NCBI RefSeq assembly: GCF_006345805.1
Contig: NC_043001.1
Location: forward strand, 28,644,001-28,708,000
Origin: Octopus sinensis
Taxonomy: Eukaryota
Direction of reading: 5' to 3'
Length of the DNA stretch: 64,000 bases
The notes under the pieces are model-generated. The model had not been told where the DNA came from, ran no database searches, and worked only from the letters and a program-made list of their open reading frames with translations. This document shows, in pieces, positions 13,266 to 25,749 of this stretch (position 1 is the first letter of the stretch; each line of letters begins with the position of its first letter). The position numbers and the translations under genes are program-made.

Positions 13266-13347
13266 TCCCTCTGAAAATATTATCCTCAGAAATATGAACT
13301 TAATATTCAATTAATTCACTGAGTATAATTGAAACAGCTGTAAGGAA
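13266..13347 (+). ncRNA. Hammerhead-like motif, inverted twin with G8A core change
   Basis: TCCCT-CTGAAAA-t-ATTATcCTCAG...CTGAGtATAAT-t-GAAA-CAGCTG-TA-AGGAA. Confidence 0.5.
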
Positions 13348-13412
13348 TAGTGTTTGATTTGTTATTGTTGATAATAAACTCACAATTTACTTCACAATCT
13401 CCACTTTCTTTT

Positions 13413-13552
13413 TCTGGCGTTAGGAAAGGCATCCAGCTGTAGAAACTCTGCCAGATCAGACTGGAGCCTGGCGCAACCATCTGGTTTGCCAGACTTCAGT
13501 CAAATCGTCCAACTCATGCTAGCATGGAGAGCGGACATTAAACGATGATGAT
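13413..13552 (+). mobile_element. RTE 3' terminal copy
   Basis: Same terminal ~140 bp with (GAT)n tail. Confidence 0.78.
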
Positions 13553-13598
13553 GATATATATATATACTTTATTAAAAACCAACGAAAATATCACAAAA

Positions 13599-13638
13599 AC
13601 TGTCACTCAGAGTTTCATGTTCCCATTTGTTGGACAGT
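13599..13638 (-). ncRNA. Decayed hammerhead scaffold
   Basis: ACTGT-ccaacaa-ATG ggaa CAT-GAAA-CTCtGAG-T-g-ACAGT. The core reads as CpG-decayed CCGACGA. Confidence 0.35.
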
Positions 13639-13677
13639 TTTGTTTTGCATATATGTGCTTAGTCTGGTGTATATATA

Positions 13678-15190
13678 TCATCATCATCATCATCGTCGTT
13701 TAACGTCCGTTCTCCATGCTAGCATGGGTTGGACGGTTCGACCGGGGTTCTGGGAAGCCAGAAGGCTGCACCAGGCTCCAGTCTAATTTGGCAATGTTTC
13801 TACAGCTGGATGCCCTTCCTAACGCCAACCACTCCGTGAGTGTAGTGGGTGCTTTTTACGTGCCACCTGCACAGGTGCCAGGCGGGGCTGGCAACGGCCA
13901 TGGTCAGATTGGTGTATTTTATGTGCCACCGGCACGGAAGCCAGTCGAGGCGGTGCTGGCATCGGCCACGAGTCGGATAGTGCTTTTTACGTACCACCAG
14001 ACCAGGGATCCTGGCTGGTTCAATTCGATTTCGATTTCGCTTGCCCCAACATGTCTTCACAAGCAAAGGGGGTTGGCAAGGGTGCCTGTCGTACGGTCGC
14101 ATTGGAGTATTTTACGTGCCACGGCCACGAGTCGGATAGTGCTTTACGTACCACCAGACCAGGGATCCTGGCTGGTTCAATTCGATTTCGATTTCGCTTG
14201 CCCCAACATGTCTTCACAAGCAAGGGGGTTGGCAAGGGTGCCTGTCGTACGGTCGCATTGGAGTATTTTACGTGCCACGGCCACGAGTCGGATAGTGCTT
14301 TACGTACCACCAGACCAGGGATCCTGGCTGGTTCAATTCGATTTCGATTTCGCTTGCCCCAACATGTCTTCACAAGCAAAGGGGGTTGGCATGGGTGCCT
14401 GTCGTACGGTCGCATTGGAGTATTTTACGTGCCACGGCCCCGAGTCGGATAGTGCTTTTTACGTACCACCAGGCCAGGGATCCTGGCTGGTTCAATTCGG
14501 TTTCGATTTCGCTTGCCCCAACATGTCTTCGCAAGCATGGGGGGTTGGGATGGGTGTCTGTCGTCGGATGAGGTTCTATATCGACTTCGCTTGCCTCAAC
14601 CGGTCTTTGTGTCCAAGGGAGGAAAGGCATTCATAAGTGGGCTGGGCTCACTTGTCCTGCCTGGTCTTCTCACGTACAGAATATTTCCAAAGGTCTCGGT
14701 CTCTGGTCATTTCCTCAGTGAGGCCTAAAGTTCGAAGGTCGTGCTTCACCACCTCGTCCCAGGTTTTCCTGGGTCTACCTCTTCCACGGGTTCCCTCAAC
14801 TGCTAGGGATTGGCACTTTCTCACACACCTATCTTCATCCATTCTCGCCACATGACCATACCAGCGCAATCGTCTCTCTTGCACACCACAACTGATGCTT
14901 CTTAGGTACAACATTTCTCTCAAGGTGCTAACGCTCTGTCGAGTATGTACACTGACATTACACATCCATCGGAGCATACTGGCTTCATTCCTCACGAGCT
15001 TACGCATGTCCTCAGCAGTCACAGCCCATGTTTCGCTGCCATGTAGCATGGCTGTTCGTACACACGCATCATACAGTCTGCCTTTTACTCTGAGCGAGAG
15101 GCCTTTAGTCACCAGCAGAGGTAAGAGCTCCCTAAACTTTGCCCAGGCTATTCTTATTCTAGCAGTTACACTTTCAGCGCACCCACCCCA
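13678..15190 (-). mobile_element. RTE-clade LINE, 5'-truncated: ORF2 C-terminus (open 15190-14648), 3' UTR and (GAT)n tail
   Basis: ARIRIAWAKFRELLPLL...MLHGSETW...RLRWYGHVARM...GRGRPRKTWDEVVK is a typical RTE C-terminus. No stops across 181 codons. Confidence 0.9.
13964..14580. repeat. ~157-bp tandem array (~4 copies) inside the LINE 3' UTR
   Basis: ggcc(a/c)cgagtcggatagtgc starts at 13964, 14123, 14279 and 14436. Confidence 0.9.
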
Positions 15191-15313
15191 TATATATATA
15201 TATATATATATAACTTAGAAAGGTTACGTAACTTAATAGCATCACCTGGCAAAATTATGAGGTCTCACCGAGACATAAACTCGGATCGGTGGATTCAAAG
15301 TCCAGAGTGCTAA

Positions 15314-15349
<36 letters not shown>

Positions 15350-16658
15350 CATAATGGTAAGATCAACAAAAAAGTACTCCATCTGGTGAAAGATAAATAT
15401 TATTTAATAGATACAATGCATGTTTTTATGTGTCACAAATAGTTCATATGTTGAGAAATACCTCTCTCTATATTTGTATTATTTCTCACACATGCTGCTC
15501 CCCCTCTCTCTTTATATGACATGCACTAAGTCTCACCAGAAAATCACATTTGACTCTAATCAAAGACATATATTTGGAGTCTGTTCCAACTAGAAAAATA
15601 ATGCCAAGGATAAAACAAGTTAGTTACTTAACATCACATAATTATCATCACAAATTAACAATATTTACAATGTTTTCTGCACTAATCTCCATCAACTGAC
15701 CTGATATCGGAAACCTAGCTTGTTAGCAACCAACAAGGAACCACCTTTTAAGATAAATGCAGTCAAGGCTTTAATCATTTTGGACATTTGATCAGACGTA
15801 TATTTTTGTACCAATAAAACGCAAAGTAATTGCAGTGTTAGTCATTAACTGCCCACTTATTAATATGAGTGTTGTGTATAACAAAAAGAAGAATTTTGAA
15901 AATTTATGGGGTTTTTTTTTTCAAACTTCCTCCCCTACACAGTACCAATTTTGGTCAATTTTTTCCTTTTTTTTTTTTGTACAATGCACTTAAAAATGAT
16001 GGGAGAAGCTTTGATGAGTTAAAAATAAAAGATTAAAAAATTGGGGGACATCACCAATCACCATGACAATTCACAGTTCCTTTATTTTCAAACAGAATAT
16101 CAAACATAATTTAAAAACAATAGTGAAATGTTTTATAAGTTTTTTCACTGACACCTCCTTCCCCACTACCTGCTATAAATCATAAAATTTCAGTTTCTTT
16201 TCAAGATTTTTATTTAATCATAGTTTTAAAATACAGAGAGTATTGCAATTGTTTCTGTTTATAATTTCAAAATAATTGTTAGACAGAAAGATGTGATTCA
16301 AGGGTAATTTAGATGCTGTTTCTAGCACATCCCACGACCACCTGATACCTTCCTTCTTTAATATTGATGCAGAAGTAACACATGGGAGGGTCTATTGCTA
16401 GAATTCAAGCAACGAAAAAATGTGATTTAAATTTTTTACCCCCACCCCACCTGTCCCAAGCAAGGCCATGTGTGTATTTGTGTGTGTGTCTAAGAAAGAA
16501 CACATTCACTGACCATAAAATATGCTATTAAAATAAATTATCTTTTACATACCTTTTTTATATCACTTTGCTGCCTTAACGAAATTCCTTACACACGTGC
16601 ATACTCACACACACACAGTTTGAGCTATATACATATACACAGTGGGAGAGTGTGTATG

Positions 16659-16706
<48 letters not shown>

Positions 16707-17699
16707 AAGTTTACAATGAGAAAAGAGGAAAAAAAATTACATAAACAGATCCTCTCTGTTGCTATCACAGATTTTGAAATTTTAAAATAAAGCGAATATT
16801 TTGAAATTTGGTATATTAATGTACTTTTTAATGCTGAATCCAATTCTGTGATTCACTTATTCAAGATAAATTTTAGAAAAAATGTTTCTGACATTTAGAG
16901 CTCGATAATTTTTACCCAATCAGAAAACAGGATTTGTACATGCTATCTGTGTATCATGAAGTGAAAGTGAACATTAGAAGACTAAGCTTTAAATAAAATG
17001 AAAACAACTGGATGTCATATGAAATGGAGGGGGGAGGGGCAGCATGTGTGATAGATAATACATAAGGAGTGAGAGAGGGGGGAGATAAAGAGTGGTAAAT
17101 ATAGAGAGAGGGAAAGACAAAGAGAAAGTGTCAAGTTGGGAATTCTCAGATCTAAAATTTGAGTTATTTTTCATAGCAAATATTATTATTATTATTATTA
17201 TTTACAGACAACTTCCCCTGCAGGTTACAAATTTCAAAAATCAAATTCATTTTCCCTAAGGATACACCATTTCAAAGCCTTTCTGGATTGAACATGCCTC
17301 TCGTTTATAAGGCACACACACACACACACACACAAACACAAAGATTGCATGTTGTGAAACTTGAATCAGAAGACCAACTCTCAGTTTCAATAAAAATAAA
17401 AATACGTATCCTCTATATTAGTCATGGGCAAGCCATGGACTTTCTAAATGGAACACCTAATGAAAATTTACCTTGAATATTATTAGTAGTGCGGGCCAGC
17501 TGATGAAAAGCCGTGTTTTTCATGTGACATAAGTCTCAAAAAAGGGCATCCATATCTGCTCTACATGTATTGAGCATTCCTCTCACTGCAACATAAGTTT
17601 GTGTGTGCAGGCGAGTTATGTGTGTCAATGCATACATACTGCAGCCTGGCTAAATAGTCAGGCAGACACATAAATTGTAAAATAAATTCAGACAAATTC

Positions 17700-17907
17700 A
17701 GAGAGACAGACAGACAAACTAATAGATAGGTAAATTGATAAATAGATAAATTGAGAGAGAGAGAGAGACAGGGAGAGAGAGAGAGAGATAGACAGATAGA
17801 TAGACAGACAGACAGACAGATAGATAGATATAGATAGATATAGATAGAAAGATAAAGATAGAAAGATATAGATAGATAGATAGATAGATAGATAAAGATA
17901 CAAAGAT

Positions 17908-17972
<65 letters not shown>

Positions 17973-18065
17973 AAGAAAGATAAAGATAGAAAGATATAGA
18001 TAGATAGATAGAAAGATAAAGATAGAAAGAGATAGATAGATAGATAGATAGATAAAGATAGAAAG

Positions 18066-18162
<97 letters not shown>

Positions 18163-18190
18163 TACAGACAGACAGACAGACAAGTGAACG
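17700..18190. repeat. Compound (GA)/(GACA)/(GATA)n microsatellite
   Basis: Direct reading. Confidence 0.95.
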
Positions 18191-18271
18191 GACGGACGAA
18201 TGGATATACATACTTTAAATGTGATGCACACACATATAAAAACACAATGCACACATAAAACGATGGCATAC

Positions 18272-18350
18272 CTGAGATGGAATATGTACTTCCTGAACTG
18301 CTCCGCAAAGTGTTTACACTATTAGTCGAACGAGGCCGTCGCTTTGACAT
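18272..18350 (-). CDS. Candidate alternative first coding exon (MSKRRPRSTNSVNTLRSSSGSTYSIS-G), probably of the same gene
   Basis: ATG in ttaccATGT context with an in-frame TAA 27 nt upstream. 79 nt to donor CAG|GTATGC, phase 1 like the SAM exon. Basic/Ser-rich peptide in a CpG-rich zone. Confidence 0.45.
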
Positions 18351-19697
18351 GGTAAATGGTAGAGGTTTTCAAGTTTACTCCAATAAATCCAAGCCATAAG
18401 CTTCAAGAAAGTTGGTCGTGTACGTCCAAGTAAATTTATCCCACGTTTAGCGACTAACAAACTTCTCCGATTTAATCATTGCTGACAGCAGAAAGTAGTA
18501 TAAATCACAGATTGTATCGGGTTGTAAAGATGAGGATGACAGGGGAAGTGTCAACCTGTTGCTTTGGTTAAGTTTGAGAGAATGAATGGAGTGGGGTATG
18601 AATGAGTGTGTGCGAGTGCGTGTGTTTAGGGGTGCGAGTGCGTATGTCAAAGAGGAGATGTGTGAGAGAGAAGAGAGACGACGGAAGTGCGAGTATCATG
18701 AATGTATAAAAAACTTGTGTTGCTTAATGAAAAGTCAGTTCTAACTAAACTGACCTTTAATCAAAGAGATTCCAACCATGACCATGCCGTTCTTGTTTTA
18801 AGTATAATCACAGTGTACTCCTGATTACGTGGTCAAAGTGTCCGTTTTGCTTTTTAAAATGGTTTGTAAGATATAGATATATTTGCTGTTATTTCTACCA
18901 GGGCAAGCTAACCTGCCGAGGTCGGGTTTGTTTAATGAAGTGTGAGTTTCGTGACTAGGTAATAATGTAAAGTGTCTGAATATAGTCTGTTTAAGTGTTT
19001 GTGTGTCCCTGATAGAGGGAGAAAGAAAAGAAGAAAAAAATTAGTAGAACTGTGTATGGAAACGGACAATGATAGTTCGGTGCCTGTTTAATATATGTGC
19101 GTGTGTATAGACTGGAGGCTGTTTATTTGTGTATCAGCCGTGTGTCTATTTTGTGTGTCTATGTGTGTGTGTATAGTGACAGGGCATTAATCAGTATGAA
19201 TGTGTCAACGTGTTTAAATCTTGTGTATTTCTCAGTCTAAAATGTATCTTCTTGAATGCGTTTGTGTGTGTGTTATGACTGCGCAAGCGGATATACTAAC
19301 ACGCTTGTTAGTATGTTATGAATGCATCAGAATGCTTGTTTGTATATAAAAATTTGTGTGTGTATGTAGGTGCACGTATGAGCATGACAGTCATGTGTGC
19401 ATGAATAGTCAGTGGAATTACCGTGCTTTTGTATATGGGGGAGCCGACAATGTGCGCCTGAAACTGTGTATGTGTGCGTGTGTTTTATGATATCAATAGA
19501 TCTTTAGCTGTGTGTTTGTGAGTGAATTAGAGCGAAGTGTATAGAAACGTGTGTATTGCATGAATTACAAGAGGGCAAAAAATGTATGTGTTGGTAAATA
19601 ATTTTCAGAATGTGTGTGTGTGAAATATAAATCAATGCATCAAAATATATAAAATATGCGAAAGTTTATACAAGTACACATACGTGTGATATGTAAA

Positions 19698-19738
<41 letters not shown>

Positions 19739-20317
19739 ATGTATATATATATATTTACATAGTATACAAAATGAGGGTGTGTATATATGTGTGTGTGTGT
19801 ACCTTTGTATGTATGTACGTGTTGTGTGTGTTTATGTGTACGCTCTCTCTCTCTCTCCGACGAAGGGCAAGGTCCCGAGGCGTAAGACTCTTAAATCAAC
19901 TTATCGAACTCTCTCCTCCCACAGACTATTTGTTGTCTACAGAGACCATCATCTGTTTCCACTGATTGTCCGTGTATGTTGTGTTCAGCATCAACCAGAA
20001 AGGAGGCCCTATGGGTAAGGCTGGCGTGTCGGCGCTAAATCCCATCTATTCGTCTGTCGTTAAGCAACACTAATCTGAGAAATGTGTTTGTTGAAGATGG
20101 TTGGGGAAGGAGCAAAAAGATAAGGTGATCTACGCACACGGTGTGGTGGTGGTGGTGGTGGTGATGATGATGCCTGTGTGCGTGTATGTGTGTAAAAAAA
20201 AACGGAGGGGTTAGAAGTGGTTTCCAATTTTCGAAGTGAAAGACGCCAAAGCTAGGCAGCCAGAAGAAAAATAAATTGTAATTAATCAACCTACTTGTAG
20301 CACTTGGCCGAACTTAC

Positions 20318-20379
20318 TCCCCTGCCACGTACGACGGGGTTGAATTCCAAAATAAAAAAATCAACAGAGTAGCTAGTGT
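20318..20379 (-). other. Candidate 62-nt exon (probably 5' UTR)
   Basis: Acceptor tttttctcttttcttacatag and consensus donor GGA|GTAAGT on the minus strand, upstream of the 18350 ATG. Confidence 0.3.
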
Positions 20380-21516
20380 CTATGTAAGAAAAGAGAAAAA
20401 ATCACACTGTGGTTAACGCCGGTACGGGACAGTACCGGGACTGAATGAAACGTCAAGGCCAACCAAACAGGGCTTGTATCATGATGAAGGAGAGAGTTAG
20501 ATGAACAGCTAAATTACAAGTAGGTGGGAGGGCCTTACTAGATATCATTAGTGAAGCCATAAGACGAATGGTGTGAGTGTAAAAAGCTTGTGAAAGAATG
20601 GACTGCGTAAAAAGGAATGAGGTGGGGAGAGAAACAGCGCGAAAATAAATATATGTTTGAAACAGAAAATACTCGATAAAGAGAGATATCTAAGACGAAA
20701 TAATTTTAAAAAGGAGAATATAAGAGACTGCGCGAATATAACAAAAAAGAGAGAAAACAGGCGGTGGCGTGTAGAAGAGAGAAAGTTAAGTTTGTAAAAT
20801 TGGGTTTTAAAGAGAAGTAAAATGTGTGTGAGAGAATGTATAAGCACAGAGAAGATTAAGAAATTGAGGGACGAACTTATTTATATAACATCTTTAAACA
20901 AAACCTGCACTCAACTTTGAATGACAAGATAAAGTATGTAATATTAGACATATCGCTTCTAAGAAAATCACGAGCAGTGACTACAATTTGAGGCGTCTAC
21001 AACGATATGAATCAGTCTTCTTACAGACACACACACACACACACACACACCATGCGTCATGTGTTTGTGATCAAAGGCGCTTTTTCGTTTCTTGTAGTTT
21101 ATACAGTATTCCAAAAGAAAAAAAGAAAACTTCCCTATGAAAATCAGACTAGCAAGTGGGTGGTTCAGGTGCTGCAGTGACCCATAAAATGAAATACAAA
21201 CATCCTTCTTACACTTCCTCGTGTTTAAAAAAAAAAAATGTAATGAAAATACGATGTAGAATGTTGATAAATAAACGATGTAGAACTACCCGACATATTC
21301 TCAACACGTTTGCGTCCCAACCACGGTTCCGAGTAAAGTTCCACTGCAAGTGTCTTCTATTTTAGCCCCAGGCCAACCGAAGCCTTGTGAGTGGATTTAG
21401 TAGACGGAAACTGACAAAAGCTTTGTGTACGTGCGTGCATCCCTACTGCCGTTTGATAACCGGTGCTGGTTTGTTTACTTCCCTGTAAATTAGTATTTTG
21501 GTAAAAAGATATATAG

Positions 21517-21679
21517 GCGCAAGAGTGGCTGTGTGGTAAGTAGCTTGCTTACGAACCACATGCTTTCGGGTTCAGTCACGTTGCGTGACATCTTGGGCAA
21601 GTGTCTTCTACTATAGCCCCGGGCCAACCAAAGCCTTGTGAGTGGATTTGGTAGACGGAAACTAAAAGAAGCCCGTCGT

Positions 21680-21726
<47 letters not shown>

Positions 21727-21930
21727 TGTGTCTGTGTCCCCCCCCCCAACTTCGCTTGACAACCGATGCTGGTGTGTTTACGTCCACATAACTTAGCGGT
21801 TCGGCAAAAGAGACCGATAGAATAAGTACTAGGCTTACAAAGAATAAGTCCTGGGGTCGATTTGCTCGACTAAAGGCAGTGCTCCAGCATGGCCACAGTC
21901 AAATGACTGAAACAATTAAAAGAGTAAAGA
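21517..21930 (+). mobile_element. SINE family A
   Basis: Full-length copy. Confidence 0.88.
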
Positions 21931-22209
21931 GTAATAAGTACCAGGCTTTGAAAAAGTAAGTAGAGGTGGATTCATTCAACCAGCATCTCCACAGTCCAAT
22001 GACTGAGACAAGTAAAAGATGAAAAGATAATCCAAATTGATTTCCTTAACAGTTTAACCCTTTTAAAAGAATTATACAAAATTGCATATGCTTTGATTTC
22101 ATAACAGCAATTGAATTTGATTTTTGAAAGCAGTGAACCTTAAAGATTGCATCAGAAAAACAAAATACATAATGAGAGGACTTCAAACTGGATGCTTGAC
22201 TTTGGATTG

Positions 22210-22580
22210 TCTGACCAATGGAACATGTGCCCTCCAATGAAGAGCAAGTGTTCCAGTCTGGTCAGCCATGAAATGGGGTGAGGCATGACAATCAGGGGAC
22301 AGATGATGGATGTGATGTAGGAATTCACAATCCCTTCAGGGAGAGGTTCCTTTCAGCCCATTTCTGTGTGAGACTGACCTCTCTGCTCTCATTTTGCCCC
22401 AGTTCTGATCTACATGGAGATCACAAGCAATTTAACAGGTCCATAAGTCCAGTGCCCCACAACACTGTCAGGCAGCACAGATATCTGCTTCTCCAGGTGC
22501 CAAACAGCAGGCCTACCAATTTTACCTGGCTAATTTATGCCCTTGTCACTCTTTCACACTGTGTCCAACATGTTTGCTAC
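22210..22580 (-). mobile_element. Decayed L1/Tx1-type LINE ORF2 fragment
   Basis: Frameshifted minus translation VGLLFGTWRSR..HWTYGPVKLL..DQNW..QKWAERNLSLKG..VNSYITSII..WLTRLEHLLF. Confidence 0.6.
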
Positions 22581-22614
22581 CTGTCTTTGTTACTGTGACA
22601 TTGTCCACATATAT

Positions 22615-22945
22615 TTATTCTTTTACTGGCTTCAGTCATAAGACTGCAGCCATGCTGGGGACTAAACGACCCCAGAACTTGACTTGAAGCCTGATACGTA
22701 TTCTATTGGCCTCTTTTGCTGAACAACCAAGTTACAGGAATGTAAACACTCCAACACCAGTTGTCAGTTGGTGGTGGAACACACACATGATGGGCTTCTT
22801 TCAGTTTCCATCTACCAAATACACTCACAAGGCTTTGGTCATCCCAAAGCTATAGTAGAAGACACTCACCCAGGGTGCCACACAGTGGCACTGATCTCGG
22901 GACCATGTGGTTGGGAAGCAGCATCTTACCACAGAGCCATGCATG
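22615..22945 (-). mobile_element. SINE family A (diverged)
   Basis: Reverse copy. Confidence 0.65.
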
Positions 22946-23559
22946 CTAACATGGCTCTTTCATATGAAATGCCCCACAAAAACTTACTTCGAAAGCAGCT
23001 GCTCTAGCACCAGCACATACAGAAGGGGCAACACTATGCCTAGATCTCACTCTCCAATCCTGTCCTCACATCCCCGTTCCTCTGTATCATTGCTATCCGG
23101 TAGCCCTCCAACTTTATACAAACCCAGGTCTTTTGCCACTTACCCGCACTCTTTAATCACACTTCCTTCACAATATTCTGCCACTTATGGCATTTGAACC
23201 TCAAGGGTATGCCCTGGCACTTGCCACCATCTATATCTTTCTCTTCCTTTATTCCATCATCTCATATTCTGATCCCTGTTCCTTGTAAGTATACCTGGCA
23301 TTTTGCCACCATCTTTATCTTGCTATCTCTCACTCTCTCTCCTTCTCCTGCACTTCCCTCAGGTTGGGCAACCATATATTTTCTTTATGGCAGCACACCT
23401 CTTTCTGTCTTCATTCCTGATCTATCTCTTTCCGGCTGGGCCGGGTAACCTAATACTTCCTCTACAACAAGACACCTGTATCTGTTTCACTATAACCTTT
23501 TCATCATCACCTCCTCCAGTGCCTCCCTCCCCTCTGAAAATTTTTTTTTTAATGTCTTA

Positions 23560-23905
23560 CAAGTACTTGGTGATCTTGTCAGTGCAGGTACCACTTAAAA
23601 GCACCCAGTCCACATTGTAAAGTGGTTGGTGTTTGGAAGGGCATCCAGCTGTAAAAATTCCTTGTCAAAACTGACCTCACCTGTGCTTGTTCCACATAAA
23701 AAGCACTTCTTACCTCACCTGTGCTTGTGCCACGTAAAAAGCACTAAGTCCACTCTGCTGAGTGGTTGGTGTTAGGAAGGGCATCCAGCTGTAAAAATCC
23801 TGCCAAAATAGTTACAGAAGTCTGGTGCAGGCTTCAGCCTGGCCAGCTCTTGTGTACCATCCCACCCATGCTAGCATGGAAGATGGACATTAAATGAAGA
23901 TGAAA
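23560..23905 (+). mobile_element. RTE 3' UTR copy with internal duplication
   Basis: gtggttggtgtt(a/t)ggaagggcatccagctgtaaaaat occurs twice. Confidence 0.7.
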
Positions 23906-24160
23906 ATGATATTGCTATTAAGTTAAACTGTCATATGTCCACAACTAGGTACACAAAATCCTACACATGACGGACAGTTTCAAGACAAGTAACGATTGTC
24001 ATACTGAAATAAAGGCTAGTACCAAATCTATTTCCTGTTTTCTCCATCAATTATTACAGGGGAGGGGGTTACAGACATACACACGCAATATCATCATCAG
24101 TTAACATCACATTTACATGCTTCTAGAAGTAGACATTTTCCACACTTAATCTGTGATTAA

Positions 24161-24381
24161 CCCTTTCCTTACCAACCTGGCTGAAACCAGCTCTGGCTCT
24201 GAGTACAAATGTCTTGTATTCATAAGTTTTGAATTAAAATCTTCCACCAAACCTTAGTCACAATTTATGTTCCTAACACTAGCTGAATGATAACTGAGTT
24301 ATTTTACTAAATTCTTTGTTATATTTAAAATTAATTGAAAGAAACAAAGAAGATCTCAAAATAAATACAGTAACGAAAGGG
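24161..24381. mobile_element. piggyBac-type MITE
   Basis: TTAA|CCCTTTC...GAAAGGG|TTAA; second copy at 48845. Confidence 0.8.
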
Positions 24382-25384
24382 TTAACACCAATAATTTCTT
24401 CTGTTTTATAAATACCCTGTGGTTATTCTTTAATATGTATACAATTCAAAAAACATGAAGGCTTTTAACCTCTCAAGTACTTCTTTAAGAGCCTGAAGAG
24501 CCAAAGGTCAAAAGCAGTAGAGTTCTAATCACTAAACATAGTCATAATTATTCACTTTTTTTTTATTCTGTGGTTAAAAGGATGTTGTTGAGCAGGCCTA
24601 TAATCATAGGCATTTGCCATATTCCTTCTATAGCCATCCAGTCATAGTATATCTAGCACTACATTATCCAGTGTACCCTTTCTATATAAGACAGTAGGGT
24701 GTATTATGAGGGGAATCTAGTTACTATTTCTAGCAGATTGATAGACTCATTCATATCAATGCTGGAAAATATTAAATACATCAACTTTCTTGACAGATCC
24801 TGGTTTCAAATAATTTGGTATCGATCTTCACATCCTTGGCATACATCATATTTGCCGGGATATAACATACACTATCCTTATTTTTTAATTGATCAAAAAT
24901 TAGCCCTGCATCTAATGTGGCCAATATATTACAGATGAAAGACTAGGGTGTCGTAAGTAAGGGAGCTGGATGGACATAAGTTCATTAGGCAAAGAAATTT
25001 GTTACTAATAATGGTGAAAAGAAGCCAAATTATCACAGTCAGAACAAACTTATGTAAAAAATTGTTTAAGGTACATCTGCTGTTATGTAGAGAAGTCATA
25101 TCACCTCACTGTACCTCGTTCCCCAGCATATGTAACCTACACCTGATATATGTACTACAGTATTTATTGACTGTGTTACTTTAAAGAAACATTAGTTTAA
25201 TTATCTAAAGGAAAGATTCTCATAGAAAGCAGAAAGAATGTTAAGCAACTTTCATCCACCAGTTAGCTATTTGCAAAGAGCGGATGACAACAAAATATAA
25301 TTGTGAAATAAAAGTGCATCTTACACAAGAGGATGTCTTAAATACCAGTAAATATGGAATTTCCTTTTTTGTGTAATATAATGA

Positions 25385-25749
25385 TTCGAGCGTGATCGTT
25401 ACCTGCGTCACCTTACTGGCACTTGTGCTGGTGGCACATGAAAAAACATTCGAGTGAGGTTGTTGCCAGTGCCGCTGGACTGGCTCCTGTGCAGGTGGCA
25501 CATAAAAAGCACCATTTGAGCGTGGCCGTTGCCAGTACCGCCTGACTGGCCCTCATGCCGGTGGTACGTAAAAGCACCCACTCCACTCTCGGAGTAGTTG
25601 GTGTTAGGAAGGGCATCCAGCTGTAGAAACATTACTTGATTAGAGTGGAGCCTGGTGCAGTCATCTGGCTCACCAGTCCTCAGTCAAATTGTCCAACCCA
25701 TGCTAGCATGGAAAACGGACATTAAACGATGATGATGATGATGATGATG
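25385..25749 (+). mobile_element. RTE 3' UTR copy
   Basis: Repeated ggcacnnaaaaagcacc units and (GAT)n tail. Confidence 0.78.

Larger units (their letters stand above)
12972..13412. repeat. ~440-bp imperfect palindrome
   Basis: Arms of ~220 bp align in reverse complement. Confidence 0.9.
18260..21100. promoter_or_regulatory. CpG-enriched, SINE-free zone; candidate internal promoter
   Basis: Visibly more CG dinucleotides than flanks (e.g. 19850-20460). No copies of the main SINE families between ~15320 and ~21300, although they recur every 1-2 kb elsewhere. Confidence 0.4.

Noticed and set aside
13964-14580. Regularly spaced repeats as a CRISPR array
   Set aside because: Whole units repeat with no unique spacers, in a eukaryotic LINE context.
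13716-14636. 306-aa plus-strand ORF and overlapping ORFs
   Set aside because: Antisense to a LINE 3' UTR tandem array; repetitive, with no recognisable domain.
15695-15745. Possible 44-nt minus-strand exon (GGSLLVANKLGFRYQ)
   Set aside because: Weak acceptor and no resemblance to ARAP PH or GAP sequence.
17561-18252. Long minus-strand ORFs (YLSI/CLSV repeats)
   Set aside because: Translation of a GATA/GACA microsatellite.
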